Part shown: positions 23,897 to 37,106 of the stretch, one piece after another
How the letters are laid out: every line of letters begins with the position of its first letter
How positions within the stretch are numbered: the first letter of the stretch is position 1
NCBI RefSeq assembly: GCF_018350175.1
Contig: NC_058383.1
Location: 15,998,001 to 16,062,000, forward strand
Direction: 5' to 3'
Length of the DNA: 64,000 nt
DNA from: Felis catus
Taxonomy: Eukaryota
Program-made: the position numbers and the translations under genes
The notes under the pieces: model-generated
The model's database searches: none
Seen by the model: the letters and a program-made list of their open reading frames with translations, nothing else
Told to the model about the DNA's origin: nothing

Positions 23897-24006
23897 CAAG
23901 TAATAATTGTAGTATATAAAATATAAGTCCAAAGACACTGTTTGGCTGGTTTAATACACCATCCTTTCCAAAAATGGAACCCAAAAGACCAAATCCTCGA
24001 CCCCAT
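23897..24006 (-). CDS. VKORC1L1: vitamin K epoxide reductase complex subunit 1-like 1, exon 2
   Basis: TTTTACAG| (R)[36 protein letters not shown](G) |GTAAGT; 110 nt, phase-compatible with exon 3. Confidence 0.96.
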
Positions 24007-24160
24007 CTGTAAAATAAGGAAAACCAATAACCCTATTTTGAGTCCTCCTATTTTTAAAAATATAAAATTACTTGAGAATGCCATGCCAATACACCCATCT
24101 GAATCTCTAAGTTGCCTATTTCTATATATTCTCTTATGCAAAAGGTAGGATAAAGTACTC

Positions 24161-24361
24161 TTTTTCTTTTTAAATGTTTATTTATCTTGAGAGAGAGAGA
24201 GCGCACACACGCACGAGCAGTGAAGGACAGAGAGAGAGGGAATCCCAAGCAGGCTCCGCGCTGTCACCACAGAGCCCAACGAGGGGCTCAAACTCACAAA
24301 GTGCAAGATCATGACCTGAGCCAAAGTTGGACACTTAACTGACTGAGCCACCTAGGCACCC
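24161..24361 (-). mobile_element. Can-SINE
   Basis: TSD AAAGTACTCTTT. Confidence 0.9.
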
Positions 24362-24423
24362 TCAAAGTACTCTTTCTCTGATGGCATTAGTATCTGCAGA
24401 GAAAGGGCTCTCTCAATTTAAGC

Positions 24424-24639
24424 CAGAGCCTCCTAGCAGCAGCACCACTCACATTTTGGGCTAAAGAATTCTTTACAGTTGGGGGCGGTCAGTGCACGAC
24501 AGGGTGTTTAGCAGTATCCCTGGGCGCTGCCCACTAGATGCTAGTAGTACAACCCGCCAGTTGTGACAACCAAAAATGTCTTAAGCCATTGCCAAATGTT
24601 CCTGGAGGGGGACAAAACCACCCCCATTGAAAGCCACTG
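24424..24639 (+). mobile_element. MER20 hAT-Charlie MITE
   Basis: CCCACTAGATGC...CAGTTGTGACAACCAAAAATGTC...CATTGCCAAATGT...CCACTG; 8-bp TSD ATTTAAGC / ACTTAAGC. Confidence 0.85.
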
Positions 24640-25149
24640 ACTTAAGCTGCCCTATTTCTTCATTCAAAGTCTGTAGATTGCAGTGTTGCTTCCTGACAAA
24701 TTTCACCAGGATATGCAATAGGAAATGTATCTTGGGAACACATCTTTAAATGTAGAACAAGAGCAGAAACTATAGGCCCTTCCTAGAATCATACACACCT
24801 CAAGAGTAAAAAACTGACACACTATTTGTTCCATTGTTTTTATTTGCAGTTTAACCTCAAGTTTTGCATCTCACTTCGCATTTTCAGAATCATATTTTCC
24901 TATTTTTTAAAAAGATTACTTCTGATCTAATAAAATTTGATTCAAATATCAAACTAACATTTACTTCGGATGAAAACTTTTGAAGATAACTTTAACTACG
25001 AGCATGCTTTTTAAAATACCAGAAAGAAAACACTAATGGTTTTAAGTCCATAGCAAAGCACTCAATAAAACCTAAACTTTGGTTTGGAAAACAAACTACC
25101 TGAAGACAAGGATAAATAAGTGATTCTTTATTTGTCACACTATTTAAAA

Positions 25150-25344
25150 ATTTTTTTAATGTTTATTTTTGAGAGAAAGAGAGAAAGAGGGTGAGTGGGG
25201 AATGGCAGAAAGAGAGGGAGACACAGAATCTGAAGCAGCCTCCAGGCACTGAGCTGTCAGCACACGACATGAACTCATGAACCGCAAAATCATGATCTGA
25301 GCCGAAGTCGGACGCTTAACTGACTGAGCCACCCAGGAGCCCCC
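25150..25344 (-). mobile_element. Can-SINE
   Basis: Reverse SINE; TSD TCACACTATTT / TCACCCTATTT. Confidence 0.9.
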
Positions 25345-25454
25345 ATCACCCTATTTTAAAAATATATATATTTTTTACAAGTGAGAGCCCTGAAGATTTT
25401 TACTGTACAGAGTTACACACTTTGAGGAACACAAAATAATCTCCACGTTTTTGT

Positions 25455-26260
25455 ATTCTTTCACACATCAAATACTCATTGTGCATGTTCTAGGTGCAGA
25501 TAATGGGTCAGGCATTGGAATCCAGGAGAGTACCAGTCAGAAGAGGTGGTGCCCTTGTGGAACTCTTATTCCATTTAGGGAGGAGAAGTAGTGAACAGGT
25601 GAACAAATGACAAAGTTATCTTCAGAAATGGATGAAACCATTAACAGATATGTGGGAAAAGTGAGGCGGGAGATTATTCGAGACCAGAGCTTCTGAAAAT
25701 TTAAAAGTGCATATGATCACTTTGGGGTCTCATCAACATGCAGGTTTTCCTTTAGCAGGTCTGTGTTAGGGCCTAGGACTCTGTGTTTCCAAACAAAACA
25801 AAACAACTCCCAGCTCAAGCTTCTAGTCTGAGGACCACACTCAGTACCACTCAGTTCCAGACGGAGAAGGGGTGGAGGGAGCTATTCTAGCTAGATGGTC
25901 AGAGATGGCCTTTTCCAGGAACTAAAATCCTGAATGAATTAAATCCTGAATGATGAAAAGCAGCCAATCTCAAGAGGAACAGCAAGCACAAAGGCCTTGA
26001 GGCAGGAATGAGCGATGAGTGTCCTAAGGCCATCAAGGCTGACACAGCGATGAGGGAAGAATGGCAAGAGAATGAGGCATCCAGTCATTTACATCATTTA
26101 TGGCCTTGTTTGTAGGCCATGATGAAGAGTTTGAATTTTATTCTAATTGCAATGGGAGGGCATTCAATGGCTTTAAAATAGGAGAGTAATATAAGCTTAT
26201 TTATGATCACTCTTGACTATTGTGTAAAAAGCAAACTGCAGGAGAGCAAGAGCAGACGGA
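25455..26260 (-). mobile_element. L2 fragment interrupted by a MER5A-like MITE (~25685-25852)
   Basis: L2-type purine-rich motifs (AAAGGCCTTGAGGCAGGAATGAG, GAGTTTGAATTTTATTCTAA) and the MER5A motif GAGGACCACAC. Confidence 0.55.
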
Positions 26261-26929
26261 AGAAACTATATGCAATCAACTTCTTAGCCCCACTCATCTG
26301 AAGTAGGAATTCAAATGTAAATCACCACCTTTGGCAATGGAAATAATTGGGCAGACTGCCAAAATTATAACCGGCAAACAGAATTTTTATATATTCCAAA
26401 CACTGATCTCTAATTATTCACATAGGATCATGTCGATCTTTTTCCTGAAAACAATGCAGAAATCCATAGAATGAATATATTGGCTTATCACAGTAATACG
26501 TATATAAGGTTTAAAAATCAAGTAACACTGAAAGTCTTACAGAATAGACACCCCATACTCCAGCCCTCTCCACACACAGTTCTGACCCCAAGAGGCAACG
26601 ATTTTGATATCTTTTAACCTTTTTTCCCTATTTAATTCCACATTTCTAAATAATATGCTTACATGGCTATTTCTTGACTTCTGGATTCTAAATATCTTCT
26701 GATTTTCTAATACGGTAGGCCAGAATGTTGCTTTAAAGAAACCTTTTATTGTGGAAAGCGTTAAATGTACAGACGCAAAGTTAACAGAACAATCCATGTA
26801 ATAATCTCATCACCCGGCTTCAAAATTAAACCTCTTTTGTTTCATTTCCACCTCTACCCACACACCACTCATGATGATTTTTAGTTACTTTTTAAATTTT
26901 AATGCACAAATCTTAACTTTTCTGTAATT

Positions 26930-27148
26930 AAAACAAAATTTTTTTTTAATGTTTATTTATTTTTGAGACAGAGAGAGACACAGCATGAACGGGGGAAGGT
27001 CAGAGAGAGGGAGACACAGAATCCGAAACAGGCTCCAGGCTCTGAGCTGTCAGCACAGAGCCCGACGCGGGGCTCGAACTCATGGACCACGAAATCATGA
27101 CCTGAGCCGAAGTCGGCTGCTTAACCGATTGAGCCATGCAGGTGCCCC
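26930..27148 (-). mobile_element. SINEC_Fc
   Basis: Perfect 15-bp TSD AACTTTTCTGTAATT (26915-26929 / 27149-27163). Confidence 0.92.
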
Positions 27149-27791
27149 AACTTTTCTGTAATTTTGATGAATGGAACACCTGACTACTCCTGGATATATC
27201 TGAGTAGTCCTGGTATACTAATTTTGGTATACTTACTAATAGTGTGAAAGGAGAATTTAAGTACCTTTCCTAAACAAACAAACAAACAAACAAAACCCAA
27301 ACATTCCAACACCAGAGAGTCTTCCCATCTCCCCAGTTGTTAGTTCCTTCCTGTCGATCCACACTCCTCTTTACCACAAGCAGTAAGTACCTGGCTATCT
27401 AGGTAGGAATCCAACCTCAAAACCAAAATTAGATCTCTGGTCTTCCTGATCACACTGCTATGCCGTTTCCCTCACGTCACATTAAGTTATAAAGTACAAT
27501 TACCATTCTAGCATTTTCAACCAAACAGAACGATCACTTAATTACTTGATGAATATAATAAAGTTTAATAAACTTTGATGAACGATGGAATAAGCGTTAG
27601 CAAGTCAACTCACAAAGCAGACTGACATTATGTAAGATTATTTTCCTTGGAAAGGTCAATGAGAACAGATTTTCATAAATGACACTTAAAACTGCTAAGG
27701 GTGGTTGTAATTTAAAAACTTCTTAGTGAATTTTTTTCAAGTTGGGACATTTGAAATACTGAGTTTTCCCCCACTTCTAAAAGCTATATGG

Positions 27792-28007
27792 GGGGCGCCT
27801 GGGTGGCGCAGTTGGTTAAGCGTCCGACTTCAGCCAGGTCACGATCTCGCGGTCCGTGAGTTCGAGCCCCGCGTCAGGCTCTGGGCTGATGGCTCAGAGC
27901 CTGGAGCCTGTTTCCGGTTCTGTGTCTCCCTCTCTCTCTGCCCCTCCCCCGTTCATGCTCTGTCTCTCTCTGTCCCAAAAATAAATAAACGTTGAAAAAC
28001 AAATATT
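27792..28007 (+). mobile_element. young SINEC_Fc
   Basis: CpG-rich; perfect TSD TAAAAGCTATATGG. Confidence 0.93.
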
Positions 28008-28232
28008 TAAAAGCTATATGGAACTATATGAGATACATTTTATGTGCTAACTTTATTCCTGGCTTTATCTTAATTTCTAACCATTTTCTCCTTGTCCCAT
28101 CTATAATCACAATTCTATTATTTTACTTATCCCAGACCTGCCCCAAGTAATTTATGGAAGGAGGTGGGATATTAACCAATTGAGAAAAAAAAAATGTTCT
28201 CATTTTTTTTAAATGATGATCTTTTTGGTCAT

Positions 28233-28449
28233 TAAAAAAAATTTTTTTTAATGTTTATTTATTTTTGAGAGAGAGAGACCAGAGCACAAGCAGGGGAGCG
28301 GCAGAGACAGAGGAAGACAGAATCCGAAGCAGGCTCCAGGTTCTAAGCGGTCAGCACAGAGCCTCACGTGGGGCTTGAACTCACAGACCGCGAGATCATG
28401 ACCTAAGCTGAAGTCGAATGCTTAATCGACTGAGCCACCCAGGCACCCC
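28233..28449 (-). mobile_element. Can-SINE
   Basis: TSD TTGGTCATT. Confidence 0.9.
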
Positions 28450-28459
28450 TTGTTGGTCA

Positions 28460-28853
28460 TTTTTTATTAAGTTTTTAATTTTAATTCCAGTGTAGTTAAC
28501 ATACAGTGTTATATTAGTTTCAAGTGTACGATATAGTGATACAACACTTCCATACATTACCCAGTGCTCATCACAACTGTACTCTTTAATCCCTATCACC
28601 TATTTTGCCCAATCCCCCCCACCTCCTGCCTTCCCTCTGACAATCAGTTTGTTCTCTATAGTTAAGAGTCTGTTTCTTGGTTTGTCTTTTTCCCTTTGCT
28701 CATTTTTTTTTGTTTCTTAAATTCTACATGAGTGAAATCATATAGTATTTGTATTTCTCTGGTCTATTTCGCTTAGCATTATACTCTCTAGCCCCATTCA
28801 TGTTGTTGCAAATGGCAAGATTTCATTCTTTTTTTATGGCTGAGTAATACTCC

Positions 28854-28900
<47 letters not shown>

Positions 28901-30225
28901 CACATCTTCCTTATCCACTCATCTGTCGATGGACACTTGGGCTGCTTCCATATCTTGGCTATTGTAAGTAATGCTGCTATAAACATAGGGGTACATGTAT
29001 CCCTTTGAATTATTATTTTTGTATTCTTTGGGTAAATACCCAGTAGGGCAGTTGCTGGATCTTAGGGCAGTTCTATTTTTAACTTTTTGAGGAACCTCCA
29101 TACTGTTTTCCACAGTGGCTGCACCAGTTTGCATTCCCACCAACCGTGCAAGAGGGTTCCTTTTTCCCCACATCCTGGCCAAAAGCTGGTTCTTGTGTTT
29201 TTTATTTTAGCCATTCTGACAGTGATATCTCACTGTAGTTTTGATTTGCACTTCCCTGATGAGTGATGTTAAGCATCTTTTCATGTGTCTGTTGGCCATC
29301 TGTATTCCTTCTTTGGAGAAATGTCTGTTCATGTCTTCTGCTCATTTTTTAAATTGGATTATTTATTTCTTGGGTGTTGAGTTGTATAAATCCTTTATTT
29401 ATTTTGGATACTAACCTTTTATTGATGTCATTTGCAGATATTTTCTCCCATTCATTAGGTTGCCTTTTAGTTTTGTTGGCTGTTTCCTTTGCTGCGCAGA
29501 AGATTTTTATTTTTTTTATTTTTAGAAGATTTTTATTTTGATGAAGTTTATTTTTGCTTTTATTTACCTTGCCTCAGAAGACCTATCTAGAAAAATGTTG
29601 CCACAGCTGATGTCAGAGACATCACTGCCTGTGCTCTCTTCTACAATTTTATAGTTTCAGGTCTCACATGTAGCTCTTTGATCCATTTTGAGTTGACTTT
29701 TGTGTATGGTGTAAGAAAGTGGTCCAGTTTCATTCTTTTGCATGTAGCTATCCAGTTTTCCCAACACCATTTGTTGAAGAACCTGTCTTTTCCCCATTGT
29801 ATATTTTTTCCTCCTTTGTCAAAAACTGACCATGTAATTTGTGGGTTTATTTCTGGGTCTTCTGTTCTATGGATCTATGTGTCTATCTTAATCCAGTACC
29901 ATACTGTTTTGATCACTACAGCTTTGTAATGTACCTTAAAGTCTTGAATTGTGATACCTTCAGTTTTTTCTTTTTCAAGGTTCCTTTGGCTATTTGGGGT
30001 CTTTTTTTTTAAATTATTTTTTTAATGTTTATTTATTTTGGGGGACAGAGAGAGAGGGAGACAGAGGATCTGAGGTGGGCTCTGTGCTGACAGCAGAGAG
30101 CCCAATGTGGGGCTCAAACTCATGAACAGCAAGATCATGACCTGAGCTGAACTCAAGTGCTTAACCAACTGAGCCACCTGGGTGCCCTGGGGTCTTCTAT
30201 GGTCCCATACAAATTTTAGGATTAC
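28460..30225 (-). mobile_element. carnivore L1, 5'-truncated (ORF2 C-terminus + 3' UTR), with (CA)20 at 28859-28898
   Basis: ORF2-like residues [19 protein letters not shown] in ORF 28919..29182; L1 3' UTR motifs. Confidence 0.88.
30004..30187 (-). mobile_element. Can-SINE nested in L1
   Basis: TSD TGGGGTCTT. Confidence 0.88.
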
Positions 30226-30649
30226 ATTCACAAGTTTTAAACTTCTGATGACTTTTATTTATTTGCTTATTTATATATTGGAAATCATTTGCTTTTTTCT
30301 TTGGTATTTAAATTTTGTAATGTGTGATGATTTTGCTTTTACCATTATATTTTAACAATACAATTTAATAATAGCAATTGAAAAATTCTCTTTATACAAC
30401 AAATACATAGATATTTGAGTTCTAAGTATGTGTAGTAAATTTAATCACCAAATTTCCACATGGAGAGACCTCCATTTCAGCAATACTTCCTGCCTCTTGA
30501 CCCATCCCCTCACTTATCTCTTGCTAGGCTGGTAGCAAAAACTTGTTAGATTGATCAGTTTACAAGAAGGAACTGGGCATCTGTAGATCAGACCCTTCTG
30601 GATTCCTTCTTTGGGATCTATCTGAACAAAGCTGCATCCAAGACTAAAC

Positions 30650-30872
30650 TTTTTTTTTTTTTTAATGTTTATTTGTTTTTGAGAGAGAGAGAGAGAGAGA
30701 GAGAGCACGAGCAGGGGAGGGGCAGAGAGAGAGGGAGACACAGAATCTAAAGCAGGCTCCAGGCTCTGAGCTGTCAGCACAGAGCCTGATGTGGGACTTG
30801 AACCCATGGACTGTGAGATCATGACCCAAGCCGAAGTTGGATGTTTAACCAACTGAGCCACCCAGGCGCTCC
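30650..30872 (-). mobile_element. Can-SINE
   Basis: Full reverse SINE with (GA)n. Confidence 0.9.
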
Positions 30873-30873
30873 T

Positions 30874-30891
30874 ATTTTTTTTAATTGTGGT

Positions 30892-30935
<44 letters not shown>

Positions 30936-31345
30936 CATTAAATTTACCACCTTAACCATCTTTAAGTGCACAGTTCAGCAATGTTAAATATGCTTGCATT
31001 GTTGTGAAACATCTCCAGAACCTTTTTATCTTGCAAAACTGAAGCAACTCTGCTTTTCTCTCTCCTCCCAGTCCCTGGCAACCACCTTTCATTTTGTTTC
31101 TATGAATCTGACTACCTTACTTTAGATACCTCATATAAGTGAAATCCCACAGTACCTGGCTTTATGTGACTGCTTATTTCATTTAGTACAGTTCCTTCAA
31201 GGTTCATACATGTAGCATGTGACACGATTTCTTTGCTTTTTAAATAAAAGGCTGACTAATGTGCCATTTTCTGTGTATACCGTACTTTGTTTATCCATTC
31301 GTCCATTCAGGGACACTGGGTTGCTTCCACCTCTTGCCATATATA
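30874..31345 (-). mobile_element. L1MB-like 3' end with (CA)n at ~30895-30937
   Basis: AAATTTACCACCTTAACCATCTTTAAGTGCACAGTTCAG...TACCTCATATAAGTG. Confidence 0.75.
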
Positions 31346-33521
31346 GCTTGTTTGCTATTTTTTTTTCCAGGTACCCCAAACAATTACAACTGCTCTGGTA
31401 ATTTTTCACCCATTCCTCTGACAGAAACAAGCCCTCTTGATAGTAAAGTTTCAGGTAAAGCCCAATGTCCAAGCAAATCAAAGATGAGGCCCTTCAACAA
31501 GAGCTAGGACATCCTCTCCTACCATTTTGTTGTGAGAGTTAACAGCATGGTTCATGGGAGGAAGATGGCCCTGGGTGAAGATTAAAAAAAAAAAAAAAGA
31601 TATTTCTCTCATTCTAAAATCATGGGTTATGATACATCATCAACTTAGTAACAATTTTTCAGAGGAAAAGGTACCATATAAATATCTACCTTCATCCAGA
31701 TGTTAAAGCTAAATAACAATGGAACACAAAAATCAGAGAAACAAAGAAGTTAATGTCTGGGTTTAGAAAATCTTTGTCAAAGTTTCTTTTGAGGAAATGA
31801 CCAGCTTGTACCAGGAAAGGGCCTCATTCCCAACCCACTGTGGACACGAGGTGTGGAACAAAACTTAAAATTTTTTCAGGATGAAAGGTCTGTTTTTTCA
31901 CATTATCTCAAGAACCCAAAAGGATCAAAAACCACTAAAAAGGAAAAATGGATCCTGGAAAACGCACAACAGTGGGATAATCCTTGTATTGGCCTAGCAT
32001 GGTATCTGGTAATACCATATGTGAAAAAAATACTTGTGATTACTACTATAAAAATTTCTGAGGAACTTGATGGAAGACTTGTATTCTCATTTGGTAAGAT
32101 TTTTTAAATTTGTTTTCATGATATTAGTTCTCTGATCTTGGAGTCACCCTTCTCAGAGGCAAGCACTTTCAACTCATTTTAGTGGTTTCTTTGGTATTTA
32201 CCCAGAAATTTCTTTGTATACACATTCAAATGATCTTTTCAGATAATCTATTCAATGATGCAGCAAGCCACAGAGAAATACAGTCCATACCACGGTCTGG
32301 CCTTTGGCTTTCATGACACTGCTTAGTGTGTGGTTCTCCACAATCTTTGTTTTACTGTTGTCTCCGTAATTCAGCTGCTGCGGCGCTTCCTTATATTCTC
32401 AGCCAGCAAGCTTCCTTCACATTTCTTCCCTCCACCCCCAAGGTGAAGTCTTATGGTGACCATATTATTTATTTATGTAAAATTTAACAACTCTTTGAAC
32501 TCTGTCAGTATTTTAATTAGGATTATTGTTGCTTTCTCTTCGTCATCTGGTTACATTTACACAAGTTTTGAATGGTCCACCCCATCCCTTGTTTCCCATA
32601 AGCCCTGGGAAATGTACTTTTTAAATGTACTTTTGATCAAAGTATCATTTACATATAGGAAACTACCCACAAGTGTATTAAACTTAATTTCCAGGAGTCT
32701 CCACTCCCATTTTCTTTTATTTGATGTTAAGGTCACTTTTAAGCAATAAATTCCTAGTCCTGGTATTTTTAAGGTTCAATTCCATAGGAAATGCATTTTT
32801 TTCAGTAACATATTATATCAGAAATTCTATTAAAACTATAGTTACATTTCTTTTTGTGCACAAATTGCTTTTCCTGGAGTTAATAATTCATTCTTATTTT
32901 TTCTTTTTCTATGCCATCATCATTAATTTTCCAAAATCCTTCTGAGCAATATTATCCTTTTTTTTTGACACCCTAACATGTTTTTTATTTTTTAAGTTTT
33001 AAAAAACTTATTTGGAAATATTTTCAAACTTATAAGAAGTCACAAAAATAAAAATAGAACAAAGAACACCCATATGTTCTTTAGAAAGACTCACCTACTG
33101 TTATTTTACCCCATTTGCTTTTTTCTTCCATCTCCCTCTCCTTCTCTCTACACATACACACACATACTGTCATCCTAACTTCCAATCTCTTCCCTACCTC
33201 AAACCTTCTTAGATCTTCCTTTTGCCCTTGGTTAATCACTTGTTTTGGTGAAACAATCTTTTAGTAGCTTCCCTGAGAAAATATTACACTGGAGGTAACA
33301 TTTCTGAGATGTGGAGTCTTAAAATATCTTTCTTCTACCATCAGAGTGGATTGGTAGTTTTGGGGGTATATAATTATAAATTAAAAATAATTTTCCCTCA
33401 GGAGTTTTAAAGCCATTGTCCTTGAAAAACCTGCTGCCGTTCTGACCCTTGAATATGTCCTGTTTTTCTTCCTTTATGAGACTTTTAAGAAACTTCTTTT
33501 TAATCCTACTGATCTAAAAAA

Positions 33522-33733
33522 TTTTTTTTAAGTTTATTTATTTTTGATAGAGAGAGACAGAGCACAAATGGGGGAGGAGCAGAGAGAGAAGGAGACACAG
33601 AATCCTAAGCAGGCTCCAGGCTCTGAGCTGTCAGCACAGAGCCTGCCTGATGTGGGGCTCGAACTCACCAACTGTGAGATCATGACCTGAGCCGAAGTCA
33701 GACGCTTAGCCAACTGAGCCATCCAGGTGCCCC
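33522..33733 (-). mobile_element. Can-SINE (left arm of inverted pair)
   Basis: Reverse SINE; TSD TAATCCT...CTAAAA. Confidence 0.9.
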
Positions 33734-33759
33734 TAATCCTGATGTTCTAAAATTTCACA

Positions 33760-33975
33760 GGTGCACCTGGGTGGCTCAGTCAGTTGAGCATCTGACTTCA
33801 GCTCAGGTCATGATTTCACAGTTGGTGAGCTCAAGCCCCGTATCGGGCTCTGTGCTGACAGCTCAGAGCCTGCAGCCTGCTTCGGATTCTGTGTCTTCTC
33901 CTGTCTCTGCCCCTTCCCATGCTCATACTCTGTCTCTCTCTCTCAATAATAAATATACATTAAAAATTTTTTTTA
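33760..33975 (+). mobile_element. Can-SINE (right arm of inverted pair)
   Basis: Forward SINE; TSD AATTTCACA. Confidence 0.9.
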
Positions 33976-36041
33976 ATTTCACAAAGGATGTGCCTTGATA
34001 TAGGTCTTAAGTTGTTCATTGTGAAGGGTCCTTGGTAGGCCCTTTGAATGTACAAATTCATGTTTTTCAATGCCAGAAATTTTGCACATATTACCACTTA
34101 GCCAAATGTTGGGCTTCTTAAACTGAACCTCTAGGGGTTTTTTTTACCCCTTTCTTTTATTTTCCATCTCTTTTTCCTTTTACTCCATTTTCTTGGAGAT
34201 TAACATGATGTAACTCTTCCAAGTCTTCTATTAAATTCACTTATTAAACTTACTGCTACCATATGTTTAATTTCTAAGTGTTCTCTCCTATCCTATGATT
34301 ATTCGTTTACATAAATAGAATCTTCTTTGTTTAAAGATACCACTTATTTCTTAGATCTAATGAGATAAAACCATCCATTTTTATTTTAGGTTTACTTCTT
34401 GGCAGCTTCATTTAGTTTCTTCTGAGTTCCTTGGTGTCATCTCTCATATTGGAGACTTTTCTCAAATGTATGAGGATCCTTAACTGTCAATTCACTTGTA
34501 AGACCAAGGCATTAAAAATATGAATGTCAATTCTAGCCCTGGACAGAAAACAATATGGCTATTCCAGCCTCTCTCTCTCTTCCCTACTGATTACAACTAA
34601 AAAATGAACAGAATACAGAAAGCAACTACCTGAGGATCCTAAAAAGTAAAAATAGCCAGTGGATAGAGAAGAAAGGTCAAAACTTGAATAAAAACTAGAA
34701 CGGTGGAATTTTCTGAGGGTTTTTCCTCCTTTACCTTCTTCTTTTGAAGCGAGGGTGGTATAAGTTGTGGAACTGTCCATGGGAAGAGATAATAAAAAAG
34801 CCCCACTTTCTGGCCAAAGGATGAGTAAAAGGGACCCATGTGAGTTGGAGAATGTGGGAGCTACCAAGTTTGTTTTCACATTTAATTTTTCCCTCCTGGT
34901 CTTGCCTAAAGGGAAGCAAGAGAACTGTACCTCAGGCATGGTTTGAGATACCTTGAATTCTGAGAGAAAAGCCTCTCTCTGTCTGGAAAAAATAAGAAAA
35001 GGGGCCCCTGTGGTCTTAAGTATGTGGGAGGAATCCTGTAATTTTTCTCTTTTCTCTCATGGCTTTACCCCAAGGGTGAAGTCAGTCACGTGGAACCGTA
35101 TAACAGTAAGAAGGGCTAAAGCTCTCTGTGAGAAACCTGTCTTTTTAGCAGGAGGAATTGTGAAAGGGGCCACTGGGAGTCAGAGATTAGGAAGGGAATC
35201 CCAGCAAAGAGCAAGCCAAATAAGGGACCCTTAATTCTGAAGAGGAATTAACAGAAGTCCCAGAATCATCCTTGAGATGCAGCATGGAACAGATCCAAAG
35301 AAGCATAGCAAAGTCTTTGAGAACTAAACTACTGTATAAACCACCACTCAAGGTGCAGACTAACTGACTACTGAGTGTGGCATGTGAAGGGAAACTCAAC
35401 CAGGAGAACACGGAAAGCATCGTCTATAGTGGGAGAGACAGAACCCGTAGTCTTAATCTGATTGAGTTAATTGCCAAGACAAACATCAACATCTCAGAAG
35501 ATCTTTAACAGGACCCAAAGTCTAACAAAATAATATTCAAAATACACTTAAAATAACATGCCAAAATGACATAACATACAAAGAATTTAAAAAAAGTGAC
35601 TCTCAAGGAGAAAAAATAATTAATAGATGTCAAGCCTAAAATAACACAGGTATTACCAGTATAAGATTTAAAACACTTACATCTATATTCCACAAGGTGA
35701 AAGCAACCAGAAATGACTGGAAAGGTAAAAGTTCTCAGCAGAGAAGGAATCACTAGAAAAGGTCTAACAGTCATGTCATGGAAATCTAGAAGAGACTGAG
35801 GTGCACACACACACAAAGAAATACTGGTAAAAACTCCACAAATTTAGCCAAATATAAACATTTATAGGCTTGACAAACTGGGTAAACATGAAAAAGTTGA
35901 TAAATTCAAAGAACATCACACCCAGACACATCATAAACTGCTAAAAACCAAAGATTGAGGGGAGAAACTCCTGAAAGCATCCAGAGAAAAATAATACATT
36001 ACCTTAAAGGAACAATAATTCAGGAGACACTGAAGGCATCC

Positions 36042-36155
36042 TTTTTTTTATTAAGATTTTATTTTTAAGTAATCTCTACACCCAACGTGGGGCTCAAACT
36101 GACAACCCCGAGATCAAGGGTCACAAGTGCCACCCACTGAGGCAGCCAGAAGCCC
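36042..36155 (-). mobile_element. short Can-SINE
   Basis: AAGTAATCTCTACACCCAACGTGGGGCTCAAAC. Confidence 0.8.
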
Positions 36156-36877
36156 ATGACACCAAAGCATCTTTAAAGTACTGAAACAAAAAGAACTATC
36201 AACCAAACATTCTATATCCAGCAAGAGCATCTTTCAGGGATCGAGGATAATTGAAGATATTTCAGAAGCAGGAAACTAAAAGAATTTATTAACCACACAC
36301 TTGTACTAAGAAAAATGCTAAAAGCAGTTCTTTACATTGAGGGACAAGGATACGAGAGGGAAACACGGGAACTTCAGAAATTAAAGAGGGGAGAACAGAA
36401 ATGGTATATATTTGGGTAAACATAATAGATTATTAGTCTCCTTATGAGTTCTTTAAAATATGTAAGACTATTGAAAACAAATGTTATAACATTGTTGGGG
36501 CGGGGGGTTCAATATACGTAGATGAAACACACATGACAACTAGAACAAATGGGACAATAAAGGTCCCTTTATAGATGTAAAATTTCCATATTCTCCTTGG
36601 TTACTAAATACTAAATCTAAACAGAATATGAAAGATTATGTATATCATAATCTCTACAACTACCACTAAAAAATAATTCAACTAAAAAATAATTCAGAGA
36701 TATAAACAAAAAGCCTATTGTGAAGTTAAAATGAAATATAAAAACATCCAGATATCCAAAAAAAGATAAGAAATCGGGAATGGATGAGCAAAACAAGAGA
36801 GGGTACAAAGAGGGGGAAAAAAAAAGGTAGACCTAAATCTAAACATATCAAATATTAAATTAAAACTAAACAGTCTG

Positions 36878-37106
36878 GGGGCGCCTGGGTGGCTCAGTCG
36901 GTTAAGCGTCCGACTTCAGCTCAGGTCACGATCTCATGGTCCGTGAGTTCGAGCCCTACGTCAGGCTCTGGGCTGATGGCTCAAAGCCTGGAGCCTGCTT
37001 CCGATTCTGTGTCTCCCTCTCTCTCTGCCCCTCCCCAGTTCATGCTCTGTCTCTCTCTGTCCCAAAAATAAATAAACGTTAAAAAAAAAAAAAATTTTTT
37101 TTTTTA
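36878..37106 (+). mobile_element. SINEC_Fc
   Basis: Perfect 16-bp TSD AAAACTAAACAGTCTG; A14T11 tail. Confidence 0.92.

Noticed and set aside
23893..24141. 82-aa ORF over VKORC1L1 exon 2
   Set aside because: Wrong frame. The true exon reads [10 protein letters not shown]... between canonical splice sites.
27176..27245. Short hairpin GACTACTC...GAGTAGTC and direct repeat TGGTATACT
   Set aside because: The stem is only 8 bp, too short for a pre-miRNA or MITE, and compatible with chance or local slippage.
33771..33998. Recurrent ORFs of the type MAQSVKRLTSAQVMISQ...SGSVLTAQSLEPASDSVSPSL throughout the window
   Set aside because: Translations of Can-SINE bodies, not a protein family.
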